Positions 24,331-38,894 of a stretch of 64,000 bases of DNA are shown one piece after another (position 1 is the stretch's first letter; every line of letters starts with the position of its first letter). Origin of the DNA: Callorhinchus milii (lineage: Eukaryota); contig NW_024704742.1 in assembly GCF_018977255.1 (NCBI RefSeq), forward strand, positions 134,666,001 through 134,730,000, in the 5' to 3' direction. Under the pieces are notes generated by a model. That model saw only the letters and a program-made list of their open reading frames with translations, had not been told where the DNA came from and did not search any database. Both the position numbers and the translations under genes were made by a program.

Positions 24331-27300
24331 AGAGGCCTCCACATCTCCCTCCCTCTGAATCTCCCTCCCCCCCCACATCTCCCTCCCCCCCCCACATCTC
24401 CCTCCCCCCCTCTGTATCTCCCTCCCCCCTCATCTCCCTCCCCCCCTCTGTATCTCCCTCCCTACTCTGTATCTCCCCCCCCCCCCCCACTGTATCTCCC
24501 TCCCCCCACATCTCCCTTCCACCCACTGTATCTCCCCCCCCCCACATCTCCCTTCCCCCCATATCTCCCTCCCCCCCACATCTCCCTCCCCCCACTGTAT
24601 CTCCCTCCCCCCACTGTATCTCCCTTACCCCCATATCTCCCTCCCCCCACTGTATCTCCCTCCCTTCCCCCCCATATCTCCCACCCCATATCTCCCTCCC
24701 CCCACTGTATCTCCACCCCATATCTCCCTCCCTCTGTATCTCCCTCCCTTCCTCCCCATATTTCCATCCCTCTATCTCCCTTCCCCCCCATATCTCCCTC
24801 CCTCTGTATCTCCCTCCCTTCCCCCCATATTTCCCCCCCTCCCCCATATCTCCCTCCCTTCCCCCCATATTTCCCTCCCTCCCCATATCTCCCCCTCCCT
24901 CTGTATCTCCTTCCCCCCCTTCCCCCTCATATCTCCCTGCCTCCCAGTATCTTCCTCCCCCTGTATCTCCCTATCTCCTTCCCTCTCTTCCTGTATGTCC
25001 CTCCCTCTCCCCACTCGTATCTCTCTTCCCCTTATCTCTTGTCCCCCATCTATCTGCTTTTATCTCTCTGTCTCCCCCCCCCCCCCCCGCCTCCCCTCTT
25101 TCTATTTTAAAAAAATTATTTGGTCACTCAATCCACGACTGTTTGTGGGACACAATTGGCTGCAGCGTTTTGCCCACAAAATACACAGAAAATCACTTTA
25201 CGGTATATTCTGTGAAGCGCTTTGAAACTGCTCAACAACGTGAAAAGGTGTTAAATCAAATGCAAAGATTATTATTATTTCTTTTTCTCTATCTTTCAAC
25301 TTGCCTCCCCTCTCTCCCACCCTCTGGCTCTATATCTCTTTCTGTCTCGCCCTCCAGCTCAACAAAAAATATAAAAATAATATCAAATGCGAGGATTATT
25401 ATTCTCTCTTTCCCTCCCTCTCTAGCACATTCCCTCCCTACCGTTCTCTCACATTCCCTCCCTCTTTCTATCTCTGGACATGCTTCACATTCCCTCCCTC
25501 TCTCTCTCAGGCAGAGGGAGGATCCTCTATTCATCATCATCATCATCATCCCGTAGGCACAGGAAGTGCAGGAGCATTGCCCTCTCCTTATCTTCCCCTT
25601 CCCCTGTTTGCTCCCCCTGGTTATAGGGGCTGGGCTGTTACCCTTTACCCCCTGGGTTATTAGGTCTAGGGTTTTACATTCCCTCCCCCATTTCAGCCCT
25701 TTGGTTATTGGTGTTGTGGTATTACTTTCCCCCCTTGTTATTAGGGGTGTGGCGTTCCCTCTTTCCCATCCCCAGTGATTGGGAGGAGCGGACTGGTTTC
25801 TTGGGTATCAGGAGTTGGAGGTAGACACCAGGGACATAGGAAGAGATTCATTTGGCATTTTATGGGAGTGTTATTTCCTCATCTGCATGCTCCCTCTGGG
25901 CGATGTCATCCGCAGACACGGGGTAAACTTCCGCATGTTTGCGGATGACTCACAAATCTACTTGGTCTCCTCCAGCATCGACTTCAGGCCCGGATGAGCG
26001 TAAACTTCCTGTCACTGAATGTGGACAAAGTAGAGCCATACACTTTGTCTCCCGTCAATGTCTTCACACCTGCGTATCTAAACTCCTCAACCTCCCTGGG
26101 CTCTCCCTCAGACTCACCAAACCAGTGTGCAACCTAGGCATCTGGTTCGACCTCCAGCTGTCCTTCCTCTCCCACATCTGGTCCCTGACCAGCATGGCCT
26201 TCCTCCACCTCTGCCACATTGCCCATCTCCGACCATACCTTACCCCAAATGCAGCCAAAACCCTCGTGCATGGGTTTGTCGCCTCCTGCCTGGATTATTC
26301 AAAAGCGCTCCTCGCCAGTCTCCCCAGCTCCACTATTCCAAAAAAATCCAGCTCATTCAGAACTCTCCTGCCCACATACTTACCCGGACCAAACACCAGT
26401 TGTGGCCAGACTCACTGGGCTCCCCATCACCGGACGGATTGACTTCAAGATCCTCACCCTCGCGTTCAAATCCATTCATTCTCTGGCACCTCTCTACCTC
26501 TCCAACCTTCTCACTCCCTAGTCTGCTCGACTGGCATCAGCCTCGTAATTGTCCCTCTCACCCTCCGCTCCCCCATTGAAGATTGCGCTTTCGGCCACTA
26601 TGCCCCGAAACTATGGAATACTCCCTTAATCCCTCCGCCTTGTCCCCCTCTCTACCTCCTTTTTCAAGTGTCACCTTTACGACCGTGCTTACGGTCACCT
26701 TCCCCCCGCTCCTCCCTCCGGCTCAAAATCAGGCTCTGCTACTGTTAAGCGCTCTGAGACGCTACCTGCGTGGAGGATGCTTGTTGTTATTTATGGGGGA
26801 AGAGATAGTCCACTGAGGGTTGATTTCTTTGTAGGTAATTTATGGAGCTAGGGAGCAGAGTAAAGAAGCACTGGTTATAATTGTTCCTCAAAAAGGGCTT
26901 TTGATGGACATAATAACTGCTGCTGCTTTTCCTCTTGACAACTAAAAGAGTGAGAATTAATATTTTGTAGATGAACTGTACGTGTCTGATCGTGAAGGGG
27001 ATGATTCAGCAGGCACAGGAACGAAAGAGAAACCATTCAAGACAGCTCTTCGGGTAAAAAAAAATTCATTCTCTTTGTGTTCTCAAAGTTGAAGCTCTTC
27101 TGTTTCATTTTAAACGTTCTCGTGAGCCTTGCATTCATTTAGTTTTTGTCTTTTAGGCACTGACTGCATATGGGAAGGAGCCATTCCCTACTATTTATGT
27201 AGATTCCCAAAAGGAAGGCGAGGTACAGTGTGTTTCCTTTTGCTTCAGCTTTCCCAAACCATCCGTATGAACATGCAAAGAACTAACGCGAGATCGGTAT

Positions 27301-30300
27301 TGTCCTATAGAAATTGCTGAACAGCCACGGGTGTGCCTAGGGCAACACCGTTTTAGCCACATGCACTAATGTTAGTAGAAAATGCCCTACATACACTTAC
27401 ATAATACAGCTAAATGTACTTCATGTATGTTTATATTTATGTTTACTTAACCCACATTTATTTTTCTTTCGTGAGACATGGCAGATCCAGTGTTTTCAAA
27501 CGTGTTACACACTGTTTTAACCGATAACCAACAAGCAGTAACCAAGGAAGTAAAGCACACGCAATCATGAACCATTCACCCACTTTACTTTTCGTCTTAC
27601 CATTTTACCAACAAACGTACAAAAACATCAAAGAATACATATAGATAGATATTTGGGGATGACACATTTTCAGGGCTAAATGGAGAGAGTGGTGGAGAGC
27701 ACTTTCACAGAGCCAGCACGGACACGATGGGCTGAATGGCGTCTTTCTGTGCCGTATAATTCTACGATTCTATGATATGCCCTATGTATACGAGTTTTGC
27801 GATCACATGTTCAATGACTCATTTTTTATTTACTGGTCACAAGTACAATTTCCCCATCTCTGGATTCCCAATTCGTTAGGTGTGACTATGGCTAACGTAT
27901 TGGACAACACTGCAATAGATCAAACTGTGCAAATGCAGAACAATTAGAAATATTGTTAGACTGGCGTTATGAAAGAGGATTGACGTAGCAAGGTTGCATT
28001 TTAGGCAAACCTGCCGACAGTTACCAATACATTATCTTTTGCAATGAAGTTTGTGTCGCTGCCTATATTCATGTGGAGTCCTGTAGCTCAGTGGTTAGAG
28101 CACTCGCTTTGCAAGCGAGAGACCTGAGTTCAATTCCAGGCAGAGGGCGAAACCTGGCAAGTTTCCTTACTCCACACAGAGCCTAATAATAATCCCTCCA
28201 AAACCAAAAACAATAATAAATTGGTCATTTTCAATCTACGACTGTTTGTGGGACATTGCTGTGCGCAATTGGCTGCCGCGTTCGCCCACAAATATACAGT
28301 CAATTCAGGGTGTTCTGTGAAGCGCTTTGGGACGCCCTCCCGACGTGAAAAGCGCTATATCAAATACAACGATTATTATTATTATTGCTGTGAATGCTTC
28401 GTCTGAACAGAACTGGCTTATTGACAGTTTGGGTGGTGCGAGACAAGGAATTAAAAGGGAACAAGGAAGAAATAGGGGATTAAGATAATCACCTTGTCAT
28501 TGCAGTAATAAATTGAAGTTAACTCTTTTACTTCCAGTGAAATGATCACGTTCACAGGAAGTTCACATATTGCAAGGCCACATTCAATAATTCAATAATC
28601 TATCTTTCAGCGCTGGGATGTTATATCTAACACACAGCTGAAAAATGTCAAGAAGCTCTGGCAACGAGGACAGGTGAAGAATGAAGCAGCAGCCCAAAAG
28701 GAGGTGAGTGTTAACAGAAAACTGCGAGTCGCCATTCATACCCCTAATGTTTGACATACTAGCTCGTCTGTTCTTTCCATTACTGATGTTCAGAATATAA
28801 AGGTTTTCTCCTGTTCCCACCTGTCTCTCCTGAAGTATTGCCTTGCTACGGTACAGTTCCAAGAGCATTTAAGTGTCAGTTCCTAATGTGTGTTAGCTAA
28901 GGCTTCTGTGTGTTAGTGGGCCTTGTGGAGAGGAGGCTGGATTTAAAGACTGATGGGGAGTGGGAGTGACAAAGAGGCAGAAAGAAGTAGTTTAAGTAGT
29001 TAAGAGGAGTTTAGCACTCAAAATTCCTACTCCAGTTAATATGCACAGGCTGACAATCAACCTTTGATTAAGGTGCGGGGACAATAAATATTTAAACGAC
29101 CCCTGCTTTATGTATGTCAGCAAAATTATTTCAGGCAGACTAGTTCCTGGAGGGTGCAGTCCAGGCACATTGCTGTATGTAATTCGATACTAATTGCATT
29201 CTCTGAACACACAGAGATTGAGGTTGGGGTGAAACTGTCAGTCCTGCCTCGATTGTATAGGATGTCGCATCTAAGCTTGACTCTCCCCACACGGCTGCCA
29301 CACATACACTACAGTGGTGGGTTCCAAAGAGAGACCAGTACGGGTAACCTGGCCTATTTTAACCTTCTTATCCCTGGGAGTTAGGGAGTTAAAGCATAAT
29401 TTAGCCAATTTAGTTTAATTGAAATAATTTAGTCAATTGACTGCCACATTTAACCCACAAAATACACAGTCACTCCACTTTACAATATATTCTGTGAAAC
29501 GCTATGAAATATTTCAATGACGTGATCAGGTGCTACATCAAATGCAAGAACTATTATTATTATTATTACCCCATGCAACAAGATCTGAGAACAGCAAACT
29601 CAACAAGAACTGTGGTTTGAAGCACAAAGTTCCTGGTTGTAAGTTGCAGCTCTAACCACTGCATCATCAGAGCTGCCGTGCCCTCAGGAACCAAAGATCT
29701 TGTGGTACAGGCGAGTGGGTGCTCCTATCAACACATGGTTTATAGGATGCCAAATTCAACCTTTATTATTTTAAAACGAATATCACTCTCAACAGATTGA
29801 AGATGCGTTACGCCGAGAGAAGAATCTGGAAGAGGCCAGAAAGGTAGTCATTAAACTGGACCCCAGTCTTCCAGAGCCAAAGTTGGTAAGTAATATTTGA
29901 AAAGTAACAGAGCATCAGTCCTCTTCAACTGGTAAGCAATCCATTCCAGACAAGAGCCCTGTACAGTCTGGTTGAAGTCTCTTGACTTTGAAGTTTGGTG
30001 GGCCTTGTGGGGAAAAAAATTAACTTTTAACTCAAATATTGAGATAATCCTTTCAGGACTGCGACTTAGACATGGGTTCGGTAAACGTTTCTACTTTCTT
30101 ATCCATCAGTGAATGAACTGATGTGGTTCTGTGCACATTGAAGGTGTCTGAGCCCTTAGCAGGACTTGATATTTGTGGGAAAGACCTGACACATCACCAA
30201 TCGCTCATTGGCACAAAAATGCATGTTCAGTTAGTAAGTATAAAGACAATAATTGCTCACAGCAATAGGATTGCACAGGAGTGGAATAGAAACTGAGGTT

Positions 30301-33300
30301 CATCTGGTGATCTCAAGAGTTCTTTAAAAGAAATGTGCACTGCTCTTATCTCTTGTCTCTTAAATCAATCTCTGTGTCACATAATTATCTATTGAATTTG
30401 CTGATGCAGTCAGCCTCCACTGCCTCCCTTAGAATCCATTCCATGTATTCACTGCTCTCATAAAAAGTAATGGGATCTCAACTTGTCTATTCCCTTTCCC
30501 TCTTCTGAGCTTGCCAATAAATTGTGTGCTGCCCTGGAAATCTGCGTTTACACTTCTATTAAGCTTTTGTGGCTTTTCCCTCAAAGTAACACTGTTTATA
30601 CTGCTTTGAGGATTTGTGTTTGCGACAGAACTGTGCCTGTATCTGGAATGTGTTGGATGCGGATAAACCTTGAATTTCTTTTCTGCAGGTGAAAATACGA
30701 GACACTGAAGCTCATCGAGGGCAGCGAGTGAAGATCTTTGGCTGGATTCATAGATTACGCAGACAAGGTGCGATTTCTGCCTTTGAGATTATTGCCTAGA
30801 ACCTTTCTAGGGTGGAAACATTACTCAGTTTCTGTAATTGTCTTTGCAGGAAAGAACTTGATGTTTGTGGTTCTGCGAGATGGCACAGGATTCCTGCAGT
30901 GTGTGTTCAGTGATAAATTGGTACAGAAGCCTATGTTTTCCTCCTTATTAAGATTCATTAAATAATATTGCTTAAAGTGTGGTGGTTATTACCAATGCAG
31001 GTCTTCATAACTCCTGCCTTAACCTTTAGGAAATAACATAATGGGATAAAATACATAAGTAGCTTGGGACATATCCGGAATGCGAACTAGATGGATCTTG
31101 GTCTTTTTTCATCTAGCATTTCTTATGTTCTTAACCGTGTTCACAGACTGTTCACTTTAGCAACACAATCATTGCTTGCAATAATATAAATATTTTGGGA
31201 TCACTAATTAATTTGAAATGTACCTCCTTACTTGGCTGTGTTTTATGTTGTGTTTGTATTCCAAACAATTTAGCCGCAAACCATGGTAAGTGTTTGTTTT
31301 TAAATGTTATTCATCAGAACGTAAAACAATTCTGCTTTTCCTCTTGCAGTGTCAATGTTACAATGCACTGGTCCTGTCCACAGAGAGCTCCGTTGCACTT
31401 TATGGTACCTTGAAGATTGTACCAGAAGGGAAGATGGTAAGGATATGATGAACACATAAGAAAAGTGTAGGAAAAAGAACAACCCGGATAATTTGTCTCA
31501 TGCACATCTTGCTCCTATTCCAACCTCTGACTGAGCTGTGTTTTATCCCAAGCCCAGAATCAATCTTCTCTTGAATGAAGAATCTCCTCTCTTTCAAGTC
31601 CCATTTGAAAACTTTTCCTGTTCGACCGTGCTTATGCCACCTCCCCCGTCCCCCAGGTTTGGAGTCGAGCTCCGCCACTGTTAAGCGCTCAGAGACACTA
31701 CCCTGCATGGAGGGCACTATATAAGTGCACCGTTGTTTCTAGTATCTTCAAAAAATAAATTGGCAGCAACTTTTTAAGCATTGATGTCTTTTCAAATATT
31801 GACAACGTGCAGTTTTTTTCAACTATGCACTTTCTGTGTGAATGAAAGGGAGACTGAGTATTATTAATGTAGTTAACTTAAGGGCAAATGAAAACCAGTG
31901 AGGGCTTCTGATGAGGAAAGATGTTCCTTTCTATGCATCCACTTCTGCTTTAATGTGGTGCCTTGACTCTTTCCTCAGGCTCCTGGTGGGCACGAATTGA
32001 TCTGTGATTACTGGGAGCTGATCGGCCTGGCCCCACCTGGAGGTGCAGACAATTTGCTGAACGAGGAATCTGACGTAGACGTGCAGCTCAACAATCGTCA
32101 CATGATGCTGAGAGGGGAGAACATGTCCAAGATTTTCAAAGTGCGCTCCGCACTGATACAATGCTTTAGGGACCACTACTTTGACCGCGGCTACTTTGAG
32201 GTACGTTACTTGCCGTCTTCTTTGTGCCTCGTGAGCAAGAGGTTGACAGTAAATCTGGTGCAGCAACTTCTGAATAATCTTTCAACTGTGCAACTGTGTG
32301 TGTGGGGGGGTGGGCAGATGTTTGTCTTGTCTGAAGGACGGCACCTCCAACAATGCAGCACACCCCCAGCACTGTATTGGTGGTGTCAGACTGGACTGAG
32401 AGTTAAAAGTCCTTACTTACAAGAAGATTAGAAGGGTTCCACAAGGGTTAGAAATTAATCTTTCTAACCCATCCATTTTGTTGTTGTTGCTCTTTGGGTT
32501 CACATTGCCTGGCCACAAGTGAACACCCAACTATGACAGTACGTGAGAGGAGAAGTGTTTAATTTCTACATGTTGAAGCAACTGAGCATTTTGGTTGATG
32601 TATTTTTAATCCTCCAGATCACTCCCCCGACATTGGTGCAGACACAGGTGGAGGGAGGTTCCACTCTCTTCAAAATGAACTATTTTGGTGAGGAAGCCTT
32701 TCTGACCCAGTCTTCTCAACTGTACTTGGAGACCTGCCTGCCTTCCCTTGGGGATGTTTTCTGCATCGCCCAGTCCTATCGTGCTGAACAGTCTCGGACA
32801 CGCAGACACCTTGCAGAGTCAGTAACCTTTCTTTTTGTGAGCATTTACATTCCTTAACTGTCATGCTCTATCGTCTTGCTATTAAACTATTGGTTCATGA
32901 ACACTAAAAACAGCAGTGAATTATGCAGGAACAATTTTAAGTTAACTCGGCAGCTCAAAATTTAAGGCTGTTCAATTGGTTTAAAAAACAGCTATTGACT
33001 TTATTCAATTAAGTTCACACTTAATTCACACTTTATTCAATTAAGTCCACACAGGTTTTTTGATCGTTTCGAATCATTTTCGAATTGCACATCTTGTTTT
33101 GTAGTCTATATACAGTAAACTCCTGATAACATCACTCCAAGGTAAAAGAGTCCCATAGTGTAGTGGTTAGGACCCGTGTTCAATTCCCGGGCGGGACAAA
33201 ACCATAGGCAAGTTTCTCCACACGCCTAGCACTTGTTTACCTAACAGTAAGTTGGAAACCAGTTAGTCATTTGGCAAATCGCTTTCCGGGGGTAATATTC

Positions 33301-36300
33301 CCACAAAAAAAGAATTTGGTCACTCAATCCACGACTGTTTGTGGGACACTTGTGCACAATTGGCTGCAGGGTTTCGACCACAAAATAGCCCCAGTCAATC
33401 CACTTTACAATCTATTCTACAAAGTGCTTTGAGATGTCTCAATATGTGACAAGATGCTATTTCAAATATAAGGACTAGTATTATTACTTTGCCACAGAAG
33501 GTGGTTTGTTATTCAGAGCACAAGATTCCAGTGAGACATAGAGAGTACATGACCTGAAGAACAAAAAGAATTTACAAACAGAAGTTTTCCCAAGAGACCA
33601 AACAGCCAAGTGAAAATGAAACCTAAGATAAGAAATGAAGCATTTACAGGAAAAAGGAGTATTTAGGAGCAGAGTGTTGCTAATCTCTCTCACCCTCACC
33701 CCCCCCCCCCCACCATACACAGAAACACATTGAATTAGACCATCTTGCCCACAAAATACCTGCAGTCAATCCACTTTACAATATATTCTGCAAAGTGCTT
33801 TTGAGATGCCTCAATGTTGTGATAAAGCAGTATATATGTTATATTATATATCAAATGTAAGAAATATTATTATTATTTTGCACAGAAGATTGTTATTCAG
33901 AGCCCCAGAACAATAAGGGGCACAAGATTCCAGTGAGACATAGAGAGTACATGACCTGAAGGACAAAAAGAACTTATAAACGGAGATATTCCCAGAGACA
34001 CAAGGCCAAGTGAAAATGAATTTAAGATAGGAAATAAACCATTTACAGGAAGACGAGAGTTTAGAAAATATGCGTGGGCAATCTCTCTCTCTCTCGCACA
34101 CAAACTCCTCCCACCACCACTCCCCTCACTGATTGAACTAGGCCATCTTTACATCCCCTGTCCCCTTCCACTACATCAGCAGAAGCTGTGTTTTCAGCCA
34201 CTAAGCCCCAAAACCAAACGGCTAAGTGAAAATGAAACTAAGATAAGAAATAAGGCATTTATAGGAAAACGAGTATTATATAGGTGTTGCTAATCTCTCA
34301 CACCCTCAGCCCCTCCCCCCCACCCACCGCCACACACACAAACACAATTAATTGGGTCATCTTTATATCCCTCGAGCCCTTCCACTACATCAGCAGCCGT
34401 GTTTTCAGCCACTAAGCCCCAAAACTCCCAGCCTCAATCCCTCCACTTTGCTCCCTCCTTATCCATCTTCAGATCTCACACGAAGACCTTCCTTTTTGAC
34501 CGTACCTACGCTCATCTCCCCTCTTCCCCCGGCTCAGTGTCAAGCTCCACCATTGTTAAAGAGCTCTAAGACTCTACGCTGTGTGACCGGCGCTTGTGCT
34601 GCAAAAATGCAAGTTGTTGAATCGAGCAACAATACTAAAAATAGCCATCCTTTCATTACTGGTTTATCATGGGATTTACAGGGTTGGATAGACCGCAGTC
34701 ATAGATGGTTGTTAGTCGATTGATAGATTGCTTTCTGGGGGTAATAATCCCTTCAAAAAAATTATTATTATAAGAGCTCAGTGACTAGTTATCTGGAGTG
34801 GCTAGATGAGCATAGGTCCTCCAGGATCACAATGGTGCGATGTGACTGGTGTGTGTGATCAGCGAAGGTTGGACTTGTATGCTCAGATGCGTTGCAGAGG
34901 CCTCTCATCTATTGCAAGGCACCAGATCGGGCACGGAGCCTCTGCAAAGTAACACGCAATCTTAAGGGACTAGTTGTTCTGATCAGTTTCATACCTGTGG
35001 TTAATCACAAACACCTTCTATATTATCGCGAAAGCCTGTTTTTTTGTGTGGGTGTGTGTAAGATATCTAAAATTCTCGTTTTCCTGCACACTCCACCTCA
35101 CTGAGCCAGTCCAGAACCTTGGGGTCTTGTTTGACCCTCAACTATCCCTTCTACCCCACATCTGTGCCATAACCCGCTCTGCCTTCCCCCACCTCCACAA
35201 CATTGCCCGGCTCCGACACTGTCTCGCACTGCAGGCCGCCGATACCCTCATACATGCTTTCATTTCATCAAGGCTCGACTATGCAAACTCATTGCTTGTT
35301 GGCCTCCCCAACTCCTCCCTCCACAGGCTACAGATTATCCAGAACTCTGCAACCTGTGTCCTCTCCCTCACCAGGCTCCGCGAACCTATCACCCCAATCC
35401 TTGCCCAACTCCACTGGCTTCCCATCACACAGAAGATACAGTTCAAGATCCTGGTCCTCCCTTCAAAGCCCTCCACGGTCTTGCTCCCCCCTACCTCTGC
35501 GACCCCTTAGCATCCTGTTCGCTCAGGTCCATAACTCTGTCCAGCACCTTGGGACTTTCCTAACGTGAAAGACGCTTTACAAATGTAATTTTGTGTTGTT
35601 GTAAATGCTTTATTTGCTAACTTTGCTAACTTTAATTTTCACTAGCTCTAGGCCCTGACACTTGAAGAAAACTCTATTTATAAGTTCTTTTTTCTTCAGG
35701 TCACATCCTCTCTGGTTGATTATAAACATAATTGGCCAATGAGGGGATATGAGTTTCTATGATTTTTTAAAAAAATTACATAAATAATATTTAAGAATTT
35801 GATCACTGAATCCACGACTGCTGTGTGCAATTGGCTGCTACATTTATTCAACAATATATACAGTCAATTCACTTTACAGTATATTCTGTGAAGCGCTTTG
35901 AGACATCTTGAAGATGTGATCAGGAGTATATCAAATGCAAAGATTATTATGACGATTTTATTATAAATTTGAATTTTGAGTCTCACTTATGACATGATGG
36001 ATGGAGCCATTCACATAGTCGAGTGCAGTAGAATTGCAGTGAGAGCACCTTCAATTGTCTCTAACTTACAGGTACACTCATATTGAGGGAGAATGTGCCT
36101 TCATCACCTACGATGACCTTCTGAACCGTCTGGAAGATCTGGTGTGTGACGTGGTTGACCGTATTCTCAAGTCACCGTTTGGAGATCTTGTGCGTGAATT
36201 GCATCCAGTAAGTGACAGGAAAACCTCTCTCTGTTTAGTGTAAAGATATCAGCCTGGCCATTTGTTCAACTTTTACACCACCCGTAGTAACCGCTAAATA

Positions 36301-38860
36301 AAATCAGGAGAAGCTACTTGGCTTGAATCTCTCTGTGTTAATGTCTTCTTTTGCGTTTTTTTTTAATTCAGGAATTTCAGCCGCCCAAGCGCCCGTTCAG
36401 GAGGATGAACTACACTGATGCCATCACCTGGCTCAAGGAGCACAACTATAAAAAGGAAGATGGAACTTTCTACGAGTTTGGAGAAGTGAGTGTTGCATTT
36501 TTATAACATCCCAGAGCCCTTGATAGTGGCGGAGCATGATGCCGAGTGGGGGGGAAGGTGACTGTAGGCACGGTCGAAGAGGAAGGTCTTCAGGCACGAT
36601 ATGAAGATGGGGAAGGATGGAGCAAGGGATAGAGGAAGAGTATTCTGGTGCAGGAGCAGTGTGAGACAGGAGAGAGATTTAGAGGGAAAGTGATATAGAA
36701 ATATACTTGTCAGTGGACTTTGAGGGTAAGATGTGGGTTTGAATTGGTAACTGTCCCTGGGGGTGGAAGCTTAGGGTGGTGGTAATGGGAGGTTAGGTTT
36801 AAATCTGGGAGGTATTCAGTGGGCACCTCTGAGTTACATACTGTGATCTGTTAGTGTTGCCTGTTAATGGCTCGGTTACTCAGTGTAGTTACAAAGGTGG
36901 GGGGAGGGGGGAGAGACGTAGGATGTGGTGAATAGGATACTCAGCACAGATCATCACTGGTGTTTCATATAGATTCAACAAGTGATGAGAATAAGTTCAG
37001 CAAAATCTTAATAGCAACTATACTTACTTTTGATTTGGAGGAAGCAGCCAAGCATTGTAACTTACCGTATCAAGAATAACAAACAATGGGATGATCACTA
37101 GCAAGTATATAGCCTGTATCATGGAGAAAGTAAATCCAGAACAATGCTTTAAATAATGTCAAGGCAAAAGGACAAGACTCCCAGAGTTCTAAAGGACATG
37201 TTATCACAGAAACTGGGGAGAATTTCTTTGGCTAAGGGATGACCGACAGACAGGTTGTCGGGAGAGTGGTTGAGGCCAGGGCACTGAACAAGTTGAAGAG
37301 CTGGCTTGGTGCTGTAGGTAGGGTTGCTGTTAAAATGTTGCTAAACTTATTCCTATCACTTGTTAAATCTATGTGAAATACCAGTGATGATCTGTGCTGT
37401 GTATCCTATTTGTAAGATGACTCAGTGTTTAATAAGGGTAAGCTTTATGAGGTGGCAGAGAGCGTTGCTGAGAGTTTGCAAAGATGATAATGTTTGTATT
37501 TGGCATAGCTCTGGCGCTTACAGCATCAGCATCCAAGGCTGCACTCTCCACCTCTCAAAGCCGGTCAGGAACCTCGGTGTTCTGTTCGACCCTGAGCTGT
37601 CCTTTCTTCCTCATATCCGCACCACAACTGGCACCGCCTTCAATCACCTCCAGAACATCGCCAGACTACGGCACTACCTCACCCCTCACGCTGCTGAAAC
37701 TCTGGTCCACGCCTTTATCACCTCAAGGCTGGACTATGGGAACTCTCTCCTCGCCGGCCTTCCCGCCACCTCCCTCCACACTGCAGGTCATTCAGAACTC
37801 TGCAGCTCGTGTACTGTCCCGCACCAGACACGGCGACCACATCACTCCCTCCCTCGCTCACCTCCACTGGCTCCCCATCCCCCAGAGGATCGAATTCAAG
37901 ATCCTTATCCTCACCTACAAGGCCATTCACGACCTTTCTCCCTCCTACCTCTCTGACCTACTATCCCCCTACTTACCTGCCCGTACCCTCCGTTCCTCTG
38001 GCTCCGGTCTGCTTCACATCCCCCGCCCCAACTGCCCTACCATCGGTGGCCGGGCCTTCAGCCTCTCAGCCCCTCGGCTCTGGAACTCTATCCCCCAGTG
38101 CCTTCGCCTTGCTTCCTCCCTTTCCTCCTTCAAGGCCGGTCTCAAGACCCTTCTCTTTGACCGTGCCTTCAGCTCCCCTCTCGACTCTCTACCCCCTCCT
38201 CGCTCCCTCCCTTCCCTCCCCTCACCATTTCCCCCCTGCTCGGTTCCTGACTCAACTGTACTGCACCTTGGGACGTCCTCCCGACGTGAAAGGCGCTCTA
38301 TAAATGGAATCTTGTTGTTGTTGTTGTAGCGCCTTTCATGTCAGTAGGACATCCCAAAGTCCTTCACAGGATTTACTGTGAAGTGGAGTGACTGCGTTTG
38401 TGGGCGGACACTGTTCGAGGCCAGTTAGTTACAGTCATGTGCCATGAACAAAATTAACCTTTTATGCTTTTCTCCTACAGGATATTCCCGAGGCTCCAGA
38501 GAGAATGATGACCGACACGATCAACGAGCCAATTCTGCTGTGTCGCTTCCCTGCTGAGATCAAGTCTTTCTACATGGAGCGCTGCCCGGAGGATCGCAGG
38601 CTGACTGAATCGGTCAGTTCCTAGGTAGCACGTGTAGCCATTGTGGACGGCTCGTTGAAGTCAAACACATCTGTGCATTGGCCCAAATGGAGCAGGTCCT
38701 CCAAAGAGCTTTTAGATTTATAGCCAAATGATCTGTGCAGGTTACATTCTGTGTCCTGGGTGCTGTTTGACAATAGGTTTTGATTTGGACTGGGGAAAGC
38801 AAGCTTAGTATTTCCTTCAGATCCTTGCTGTCCCCCACTCTGTCTCAGTCTCTATCTCTG

Positions 38861-38894
<34 letters not shown>

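Noticed and set aside
24140..25556. Long ORFs (460, 321 and 248 aa) over the copy B 5' region
   Set aside because: Low-complexity Pro/Ser or Gly translations of a stop-poor minisatellite; only 24282-24327 is real coding sequence.
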